A stretch of 64,000 bases of DNA from Verrucomicrobiaceae bacterium (GTDB taxonomy: Bacteria > Verrucomicrobiota > Verrucomicrobiia > Verrucomicrobiales > Akkermansiaceae). Each line of letters opens with the position of its first letter. Within the stretch, counting starts at the first letter, position 1. The DNA lies in the NCBI GenBank assembly GCA_051252135.1, contig JBPOGH010000002.1, positions 32,001-96,000 on the forward strand. Reading direction: 5' to 3'. The notes under the pieces were generated by a model. The model was not told the origin of the DNA. It was given only the letters and a program-made list of their open reading frames with translations, and did no database searches. Of this stretch, positions 56,858-64,000 are shown in pieces. The position numbers and the translations under genes are program-made.

Positions 56858-57499
56858 TTATTTTTTGGCTTGGGATTTGTTGTAGGCGTCGAGGGCTTTT
56901 TGGAATTCGGGAGGAAGTCCGGCCCCGGAGCGACCGGTGGATTTGGGCACGCGGCGTTCGGCGGTTTTTCCGTCGTTGGGACCACCGGAGGCTTCGTTGG
57001 CGGCCTCGGAGTCGCCCTTCATGCCTTGTCCGGCTTTATCACCGGCTTGTTGTCCGGGTTTTTGGTCGGGCTGACCTTTGCCCATCATTTGTTGCATCAT
57101 TTCTAGCATGGCACCCATGCTTTGTTGGCTGGAGGGTCATCCGCCACTGCTTTGTCATGTGCTCTTTTCTTTGGCGGCCTCGTAGATTTTTTCGATGATC
57201 TCGGTTTGGGTGGCGATGGTTTCGCCGCCGGTGTCGCGGGCGTCGAGCTTATCGATGGTCTCGGCCATGAGGGTTTCGACTTCGGTGAGGAGTTCGATGA
57301 CCTTGGGGTTGGTTTGTTCATCGACGAGTTCCTGGACATCGGCTGCGACCGAGTCCTGATCTTCCGAGAGCTTGGCAGTGCCTTTATTGTGCTTCTCGGT
57401 GGCCTCGGCCTTTTCTTTGGCGGTGGCCTTCTTCTCTTCCGCGAGCGCCGGGGCAATGAAGCCGGCTCCGAGGAGGAGAGTGAGGATGGTGTATTTCAT
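56858..57499 (-). CDS. Secreted helical protein interrupted by two in-frame UGA codons (57155-57157, 57137-57139); candidate selenoprotein, otherwise split gene or pseudogene
   Basis: ORFs 57155-57499 and 56858-57118 share a frame and are joined by exactly 12 codons: ..KEKST*QSSGG*PSSQQSMGAML..; read-through length 213 aa. Confidence 0.6.
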
Positions 57500-57530
57500 A
57501 GATTGGTTGGGTTAGGATTCGTGGGAAAGT

Positions 57531-60248
57531 TTAGTTTGGGGTTTTGCGGAGTTCCATTGAGCGCATGAGTTGCTCAAGGGAGCGGGTGCGGGAGCGGATG
57601 TCTTGTTCGGCTTGAACCATGCGCATGACTTTGAGCATGAATTCGAAATCCTGTTCTTCGGGGCTGCCACCGCCGCCACCACCACCACCGCCGCCGCCGC
57701 CGGGTTCACCTTCGAGCTTCTTGGCCCATTCGGCGAGTTGGTCGCTCCATTTTTTTGCTTCGATGGCGGAGAGGAAGGCGTGGTTATCGGAGATGCGTCG
57801 GCGCAGGGCTTCGAGCTTGATGCTGATCTCGGACTCCTTCATGGCGTCGAGGATTTCCTTGTGCTCCTTTTTTTGAGTGCGGGTGTGGAAGTGGCCGAGG
57901 TCTTCCTGAATCCAGCGGATGTCGCTGGTGGTGCGTTGTTGTTGGTTGGAGAGGGAGTCGAGGAGGCGGGCGAAGACGGGGTCGATGGATTCCTCATCGT
58001 TGGTGGCGCCGAGGAGGGAGGAGGCGGCTTTTTTACTCTCGGGGGAGTCGCCGGTGAGGGCGGATTTGAGGCTGCCGGAGATGCCGCCTTCATCGGAGGA
58101 GGCGCGCTTGAGGCGGTTGATGAAGGTGGAGGCCTCGAAGTTGTCGTTGGCCTCGTTGGCCTTTTCGATGGTTTCCTGCATTTTCTTGAGAGCTTCCTGT
58201 TGCTTCTCGATGGCTTCCTTGAGGTCTTTTTTGGCCTTTTCGGGGGTGGACTTGGCGTCCTGGGAGTCGTTGAGTTTTTGTTCGACCTGGGGGAGGTCTT
58301 GTTCGCCGAGTTCCTTCATGTTCTGCATCGAGTCGGCCATTTTTTTCATGGTGTCCTTATCGATGGTTTTGTTGCGGGCGGCGTCCTTGAAGAGCTCTTC
58401 CATTTTCTTGGCGAGCTCCTGCATTTTTTCGGCGTTTTGATTCTCGGCATCCTCCTGGGCGGCGAGCTTGTCCTTGGCTTCGTCCTTTTGGAGGTCTTCG
58501 GGCTCGTTCTGTTGGTCGAGGCGGCGGTTGTTATCGAGGTTGTTCTGTTCGCGGCGGGCGGCGTCCTCGAGTTCACCGATGAGGCGGTCGAAGCGGAGTT
58601 TGAGTCGCTGGGCGTGCTCATCCGGGGTGAGGATGTAGATGACGATGGGCTCGGAGATGCTCATTTTGTCACCGGGCTGGTAGTCCTTGGCGTAAGCGGC
58701 GAGGAGGAGTTTCTGGGGGGTGATGCCGTGGGTTTTGGGCGAGAAGATGGCTTGTTCGGAGAGGCGGGTGATGCTGGGGCCGCCGGTTTTGAGGACCATG
58801 TCGCCGGAGGCGGGTGATTCGCTGGTGGGTTTGGTGAATTCGCCCTTCCATATGAGTCCGATTTCCCTGAGGCCGAAGTCGTCCTCCGAGATGATGTCGA
58901 ATTCGAGGGTTTGTTCGGCGAGGATGACGATCTGGCGTTCGATTCCCTGCATGTAGGAGACGGGGTATTGATCGCGGGCGGAGGTGATTTTGAGTTGGTA
59001 GGTGGTGGCGGCATCGAGGCCTTTGACATCGGTCCACCGGAGGGGGATTTCGAGGTGGTGGCCGGCGAGTTCGATGACGGGGGAAGTGAGGGTGTTGTCA
59101 GCGACGGTGAGGTCGAGATTGTAGGGCTCGGGGAGGACGGGAGCGGGGGTGGCCTCTTCCTCGGGGATGCCGAAGTCGGCGAGGGGGGCGTCTTGTTCGA
59201 CGGGTTGGGCGGTGACGGATCCGGAGGCGAGCTCGAGGGCGCGGGAGAACTCGCCCTTGAGGGTGACTTTGCTACCGGCGAGTGTGGTGAGGGAGCCGGA
59301 GCGGATGTCGATGACGCGGGGCTCGAGCTGGAGGTAGTCGGGAAGGGTGACGTGGGCCTCGAAGGCGGTGAGCTCGGGGCGAATCTCGGGCTCGATGCGG
59401 ATGCGGTGGATGGCATCGCCGGCCTTGAGGGTGAGGGTGTCGCTGGCTTGCTGGCCGGTGAACTCGAAGCGGTAGGCGTTGTCGTCGTCCAGGCTGCTTT
59501 CGAGCCAGTTTTGGTTGCCGTAGCGGGCTTCGGCGAGGTCGGGCTTGTCATCGGTGGAGTCCTTGAGGGGGACGGTGATGACGAAGGGCTCGTCGTAGGG
59601 GACGGTGTAGGGGTTGGGGAGTCCGGAGAGGTCGAGCTGGGTGAAGGTGTAGCGCTCGGTATCGGAGAGGGGCATGAGCCAGCGTTTGAAGGCGTTGGCT
59701 CCGGCCTTGGGGGCGAAGGAGAATCCGGCGATGACGAGGGCGGTTCCGAGGGCGACGCCGAGAGCGAGTTTTTTGTAGTATGAGGTGGGGAGGGCCTCGG
59801 TCATGTCCTTTTTCCCGGCTTGGCGGGCGACGTGGGCCATGGCGGCGGCGCGGAGGGCGGGGGAGAGGGACTGGATGGATTCCTGTTGGTCCTGGAGTTC
59901 GACAACGCCGAGGAGGCGGTCACCGAGTTTGGGGAATTTTTTGGAGATGAGTCGGGCGAGTTGACCCTCGCGGCGGTGGCCGTAGACCCAGCGGCGGAGC
60001 ATGATGGGGGCGAAGACGGCGAAAAGGGAGGTGCCGGCGATGAGGATGCCGAGGCGGGCGAGGGGCGGGGTGGGGACGATGCGGTCGAGGAGGAAGACGA
60101 GGAGGAAGGAGACGATGAGTCCGAAAAAGCCGGCGAGGACGGCTTCGGTGACCTTGGTGCGCCAGAGTTGGCGTTGGAAATCGGCAAGTTGCTTCTTCAG
60201 CTCATCGGGAATGGGCGTGAGCGGAGGCTGAGGGTCGGAATCGGACAT
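57531..60248 (-). CDS. Large membrane-anchored protein with Ig-like middle and long coiled-coil C-terminus (DUF4175-like)
   Basis: Three N-terminal TM helices, LGDRLL..VEL, P.Y, EDDFGL, E/K/Q-rich heptads, poly-Gly at 57666-57701. Confidence 0.8.
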   Translation of the reverse strand: MSDSDPQPPLTPIPDELKKQLADFQRQLWRTKVTEAVLAGFFGLIVSFLLVFLLDRIVPTPPLARLGILIAGTSLFAVFAPIMLRRWVYGHRREGQLARLISKKFPKLGDRLLGVVELQDQQESIQSLSPALRAAAMAHVARQAGKKDMTEALPTSYYKKLALGVALGTALVIAGFSFAPKAGANAFKRWLMPLSDTERYTFTQLDLSGLPNPYTVPYDEPFVITVPLKDSTDDKPDLAEARYGNQNWLESSLDDDNAYRFEFTGQQASDTLTLKAGDAIHRIRIEPEIRPELTAFEAHVTLPDYLQLEPRVIDIRSGSLTTLAGSKVTLKGEFSRALELASGSVTAQPVEQDAPLADFGIPEEEATPAPVLPEPYNLDLTVADNTLTSPVIELAGHHLEIPLRWTDVKGLDAATTYQLKITSARDQYPVSYMQGIERQIVILAEQTLEFDIISEDDFGLREIGLIWKGEFTKPTSESPASGDMVLKTGGPSITRLSEQAIFSPKTHGITPQKLLLAAYAKDYQPGDKMSISEPIVIYILTPDEHAQRLKLRFDRLIGELEDAARREQNNLDNNRRLDQQNEPEDLQKDEAKDKLAAQEDAENQNAEKMQELAKKMEELFKDAARNKTIDKDTMKKMADSMQNMKELGEQDLPQVEQKLNDSQDAKSTPEKAKKDLKEAIEKQQEALKKMQETIEKANEANDNFEASTFINRLKRASSDEGGISGSLKSALTGDSPESKKAASSLLGATNDEESIDPVFARLLDSLSNQQQRTTSDIRWIQEDLGHFHTRTQKKEHKEILDAMKESEISIKLEALRRRISDNHAFLSAIEAKKWSDQLAEWAKKLEGEPGGGGGGGGGGGGSPEEQDFEFMLKVMRMVQAEQDIRSRTRSLEQLMRSMELRKTPN

Positions 60249-60302
60249 GGGTGAAGAGGAGGGGCAAGGGCCCCATCATTTAGGGTGATACTCTCGCAGG
60301 TC

Positions 60303-60318
60303 AGCAGCACTGGTGCCA
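60303..60318 (-). promoter_or_regulatory. Sigma-54 (-24/-12) promoter candidate
   Basis: Minus strand TGGCAC-CAGTG-CTGCT with exact GG-N10-GC spacing, 54 bp upstream of the ATG at 60248. Confidence 0.65.
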
Positions 60319-60476
60319 GCGGGAATTTCAGTAAGACGATCTTCATTTAAACGACGCCGGAGGGGTGATTTTGTCGGGATTTTTGGGTGGAATGGCGAAA
60401 GGGGGGGGATTTCGGGGGTGATCTTTAGTGTCGCCGGCCGGAAAGGGGGGTGAAAGGGGGGCGGGGTGCTGCGGGC

Positions 60477-62249
60477 TTAGGGGGAGATGGTGAGGGTGAG
60501 GGAGTGGGAGATGCCGGTGCGGTGGTAGGTGACGGGTTGGTTGTTGGCGGTGGGGCGGGCGTCTTGCCAGGAGTAGGCGGTGATGGTGGCGGTGCCGGGG
60601 GAGTGGGCTTTGAGGGTGCCGAACTTGTCGATGGAGGCGATGTTGGGATCGCTGGATTCCCAGATGAGGTTGTTGATGGTGGCGTTGGTGGGGGTGAGGT
60701 TTGCGTGGAGGGCGCGGGTTTCGCCTTTTTTCAGGACGAGCTTGGTGCGGGCGATCCCGAGAGCGCGGAGGGTGATGAATTTGTTGTGATCGATGACTTT
60801 TCCGAGGCGCTCGAAGGCGGCTTGTTGTTCGCCGTTGAGCTGGTCGAGATCGAGTCCGCTGTGGTAGACAATGTTGAAGTTGGGGGCTTTGACTTTCTTG
60901 TTTCCGGTGAGTTCGAGGGTGTCGGCCCGGATGTCGAAGAAGCGGCCGCGGGGGAAGCCGGGGTGGGGGGCGTAGCGTTTGTATTTTTTATCGAAGGCGT
61001 AGCGGAGGATGACGGGGTCCTGGCCTTTGTTTTGTTTTTCGGGGAAGTAGGGCTCGGCGTAGTGGACGAAGATGTGGTCCCGGTGGGAGGTGCCGTTTTG
61101 TTGAATTTGGGGCCAGAAGTTGAGGCCGTCGATGGCGGTGGGATTGGGGACGGGGATGTCGGCAGCGGCGCAGAGAGTGGGGTAGATGTCGATGAGATCG
61201 ACGAGGCCGGGGTAGGTGGCTTGGGGAACGCGTCCGGGTTGGGAGAAGATGAGGGGGACGTGGGTGCCGTGGTCGGTGGTGGTGCCTTTTGCGCCGGGGT
61301 ATTTTGAGCCGTCGGCGAGGAGGTGGATGAAGGGGATTTGGGTGCCGTTATCGCCCATGAGGACGATGAGGGTGTTGCGGCGGAGGTTGAGTGACTGGAG
61401 CTTGTCGATGACGTTTCCGACGAGGGTGTCGGTGTAGCGGATCATGTCGGGGAAGTGCTTGCGGGTGACGCGGTCATTTCCATTGGGGTCCTGGAAGTCA
61501 TCGTCGAATTCATCGAACTCGGATTGGGGTTTGGAGTCGGGGGTGGGGACGTGGTAGTTGCCTTCGTCCTCCTTGTGGACGAGGGCGAAGGAGTAGTAGA
61601 GGAAGAAGGGTTGGTCCTTGTTGTCCTCGATGAATTGGAGGGCGTGGCGGTTGCAGATGTCCGGGCCGTAGTAGCGGCGGCCGGTGGCGGGATCGATGGA
61701 GTCATCGAAGCGTTTGATTTCGCCGTCGATGACGAGGTCGGGGTTGAAGAAGCGGTTGCCTTGTTTGACGAGGTCGAAGCAGCAGAAGGAATCGTAGCCG
61801 AATTGGTAGAGGTAGTCTTTGGCGGGGATTTCTTTGGTGCCGCGTGACTGTTTCCATTTTCCGAAGATGCCGGTGCGGTAGCCGGCTTTTTTGAAGGCGT
61901 CGCTGAAGGTGATGTCGGAGGCGTGTTGGGCCTTTTTTTGGAGGAGATTGCGGTGGTTGTATTTCCCGCTCATGAGGGCGATGCGGGTGGGTTCGCAGAG
62001 GGGGTAGGCGAAGGCGCGATCGCAGCGGGTGCCCCCGGCAGCGAGTTGGTCGATGCGGGGGGTGTGGAGTTCGACGGGGGCGGGGACGTTATCCCGGAAG
62101 GCCATGCCATTTGAGCCGTAGGCGGAGATGCCGAGGTGGCTGAGGTCATCGATGAGGATGAAGACGACGTTGTTTTTTGTGGAGCTTGCCGCGAGGAGGT
62201 TTGCGGTGAGGCAGAGGAGGGTGGCGGCGATCTTGGTGAGAGGAACCAT
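60477..62249 (-). CDS. Sulfatase with C-terminal Big_2 Ig-like domain
   Basis: NVVFILIDDL, CEPTR, GKWK, GDNG, HVP; W.SSDP.IA.ID..G.......GTATITA. Confidence 0.9.
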   Translation of the reverse strand: MVPLTKIAATLLCLTANLLAASSTKNNVVFILIDDLSHLGISAYGSNGMAFRDNVPAPVELHTPRIDQLAAGGTRCDRAFAYPLCEPTRIALMSGKYNHRNLLQKKAQHASDITFSDAFKKAGYRTGIFGKWKQSRGTKEIPAKDYLYQFGYDSFCCFDLVKQGNRFFNPDLVIDGEIKRFDDSIDPATGRRYYGPDICNRHALQFIEDNKDQPFFLYYSFALVHKEDEGNYHVPTPDSKPQSEFDEFDDDFQDPNGNDRVTRKHFPDMIRYTDTLVGNVIDKLQSLNLRRNTLIVLMGDNGTQIPFIHLLADGSKYPGAKGTTTDHGTHVPLIFSQPGRVPQATYPGLVDLIDIYPTLCAAADIPVPNPTAIDGLNFWPQIQQNGTSHRDHIFVHYAEPYFPEKQNKGQDPVILRYAFDKKYKRYAPHPGFPRGRFFDIRADTLELTGNKKVKAPNFNIVYHSGLDLDQLNGEQQAAFERLGKVIDHNKFITLRALGIARTKLVLKKGETRALHANLTPTNATINNLIWESSDPNIASIDKFGTLKAHSPGTATITAYSWQDARPTANNQPVTYHRTGISHSLTLTISP

Positions 62250-62302
62250 GGTGTGAAGGAGAGATGTCTCCGGAATGGTCCACTTTGCAAGAGGTGGGTG
62301 GA

Positions 62303-64000
62303 TTACTTTGCGAGGAAGGCGCGGAGGGGCTCGTTGTTTGCGCCGATGAGGAGGTCGGGGCGTTGGTCGTTGTTGAGATCGGTGGCGATGATTTGGCGGG
62401 TGTCGGTGCGGCGGGTGAGTCCGCTTTGGGCGGGCCAGAGTTCGGTGAGGGTGCCGTCCTTTGATCCGGTGAGGATGACGCCGAGTCCGGCGTTCATGCG
62501 TCCGGTTTCGCGTTGGGCGGCGTTGAAGTTTTGGCCGAGGGCGAGGTCGGTGATGCCGTCGGCGTTGAAGTCGCCGGTGGTGAGGGACATGGCGGGGGCG
62601 AGTTGGGAGAGGGTGGGGAGGGGGGTGGCGGTGAACTTGCCGGTGCCGTCATTGGTGAAGAGGGTGGTGGCGAGGGTGTTGGCTTCGAGGCGTTGGGCGG
62701 TCTCGAGGGCATCCGGGGTGTAGAGTTCGGGAAGGGTGAGGCTGGCGAAGGCGGTGTAGGTGGGGGCCTTCGTTTTGAGGTGGGGCATGGCGGAGGTGGA
62801 GCAGCTGCGTCCGCGGACGGGGAGGAGTTTGCCGTCCTTGAGCTTGGCCTCGACGAGCTGGAGCTCGCCGTTGTTTCCGAAGTCGGAGGCGAAGAGGGTG
62901 GCGGGGTGTTCGGCGTCGACGTGATACTTGGTGTTGAGGCCGAAGTTTCCGGCGACGAAGTCGAGGTCGCCATCGTGGTCGACATCGATGGTGGCAACGG
63001 AGGTCCACCAGCCGGTGAGGTGGGCGAGGTTTGCTTCGTCGGTGGTTTCGACGAGTCCGGTGCCGGTGTTTTTGAAGAGGCGGACGGGGCCCCATTCGAC
63101 GGCGATGAGGAGGTCGGGTTTTGAGTCTTGGTCAAGATCGGCCCAGGTGGCTCCGGTGACGAGGCCGGCGTTTGAGACGGGGGAATCGGCTTTGGTGAAG
63201 GTTCCGCCGTTGTTGATGAGGAGGGCGCTTTCGGGCGGAGTGGGGTATTTTCCGGGGACGAAGCGTGCGCCGACGAAGAGGTCGAGGTCGCCATCGGCAT
63301 CGAAGTCACAGGGGGCGACGCAGCTTCCGCTGGCGGACCAGGCGGGGAGGGTGCCGGAGGGGGCGGGGGTGAGGTTTCCGGCTCCGTCGTTGAGGTAGAG
63401 TCGGTCGTGGTAGTGGTCCGAGGTGGCGGGCTCGGAAGCGCCGCCGGAGACGAGGTAGAGGTCGGGGTCGCCATCGTTATCGGCATCGAACCAGGTGGAG
63501 GCGATGTCTTCTTTTGACTGATCGCCGGAGAGGGCCGGGGAGGGGTGTTGTTTTAAGGTGCCGTCTTTTTGTTGGAGGAAGAGGGCGGGTTCCTGTCCGG
63601 CGGCGCCTCCGATGAAGAGGTCGACGAGTTGGTCGCCGTTGATGTCAGCAGATGAGAGGGCGGGGCCGAAGCGGGAGAGGCGGTTGGGGAGGAGGGGTTG
63701 GGAGGCGAAGTCGTCGTGGTTGTTTTCGCGGTGGGTGAAGTTGAGGCCGAGTTGTTCGCTTTGCTCGTGGAAGAGGGCGACGGGTGGGGCTTTGGGGGCG
63801 AAGGTTTGGCCGGAGTCGGCCTCGGTGACGCGGTAGTGGAAGTTGGACTTGGGTTCCTTGAAGGTCTGGATGATGCCGGAGGGCCAGGTGACGTTGAGTG
63901 AGGTGATGGAGGTATTTTTTCCGAGGCCGAAGTGGAGGACGGGTTCGACGCCACTGAGGTATCCGCGGGAGCTGGTCATGAGGCGGGTGAGGGTGGAGCC
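62303..64000 (-). CDS. ASPIC/UnbV plus FG-GAP/VCBS repeat protein (5' partial)
   Basis: RGYLS..EP.LHFGLG..V.WPSG; repeated D.D.DGD.DL motifs; open to the window end. Confidence 0.9.
   Translation of the reverse strand, partial: GSTLTRLMTSSRGYLSGVEPVLHFGLGKNTSITSLNVTWPSGIIQTFKEPKSNFHYRVTEADSGQTFAPKAPPVALFHEQSEQLGLNFTHRENNHDDFASQPLLPNRLSRFGPALSSADINGDQLVDLFIGGAAGQEPALFLQQKDGTLKQHPSPALSGDQSKEDIASTWFDADNDGDPDLYLVSGGASEPATSDHYHDRLYLNDGAGNLTPAPSGTLPAWSASGSCVAPCDFDADGDLDLFVGARFVPGKYPTPPESALLINNGGTFTKADSPVSNAGLVTGATWADLDQDSKPDLLIAVEWGPVRLFKNTGTGLVETTDEANLAHLTGWWTSVATIDVDHDGDLDFVAGNFGLNTKYHVDAEHPATLFASDFGNNGELQLVEAKLKDGKLLPVRGRSCSTSAMPHLKTKAPTYTAFASLTLPELYTPDALETAQRLEANTLATTLFTNDGTGKFTATPLPTLSQLAPAMSLTTGDFNADGITDLALGQNFNAAQRETGRMNAGLGVILTGSKDGTLTELWPAQSGLTRRTDTRQIIATDLNNDQRPDLLIGANNEPLRAFLAK

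Noticed and set aside
40834..57157. Genome-wide UGA reassignment (code 4/25) as the explanation for the in-frame TGAs
   Set aside because: Many genes end at TGA at their expected C-termini, including ATGA/GTGA overlaps (14646, 16657, 19954, 50141, 55871), and Trp is encoded by TGG.
57103..57456. Frameshift model using the overlapping 117 aa ORF to join the split gene
   Set aside because: The two real halves are already in the same frame; the alternative ORF is low-complexity Pro/Ser/Arg sequence.
57666..57701. (GGY)12 triplet run as a contingency locus
   Set aside because: Mixed GGC/GGT codons encode an in-frame poly-Gly linker; length change would not switch expression.
1..64000. CRISPR arrays, rRNA or tRNA (including tRNA-Sec)
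   Set aside because: No regularly spaced repeats or cloverleaf/rRNA signatures were seen by eye in the short intergenic gaps; a covariance-model scan would be needed to exclude them fully.

Overview
Bacterial chromosomal DNA, GC-rich with a strong G>C skew on the + strand. The gene content (PEP-CTERM protein, several sulfatases, DUF1080, ASPIC/UnbV, TIGR02597-like, prenyltransferase/squalene-oxidase-repeat operon) points to a Verrucomicrobiota/PVC organism (inference). In order: a nuclease-ligase fusion and rsgA; a sulfatase/GH99-like/GMC oxidoreductase block with three copies of a GTCCCC-N5-GGGGAC palindrome; a tightly coupled 7-gene cluster (HMG-CoA reductase-like, UbiA, PEP-utilising dikinase, DUF3419, isoprenoid kinase-like, GNAT, acyl-CoA ligase) of unknown product; large secreted proteins; an ECF sigma/anti-sigma/signal peptidase unit; a probable selenocysteine peroxiredoxin; an 8.1 kb AT-richer island bounded by a 126 bp duplication of a gene 3' end and carrying a hydrolase/immunity-like pair; a sigma-54-type operon in which one secreted protein is split by two in-frame UGA codons, each followed by a hairpin (candidate new two-Sec selenoprotein); a sulfatase and a partial FG-GAP protein. 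No rRNA, tRNA, CRISPR array, transposase or integrase was recognised. Family assignments come from motif recognition by eye, not database searches.
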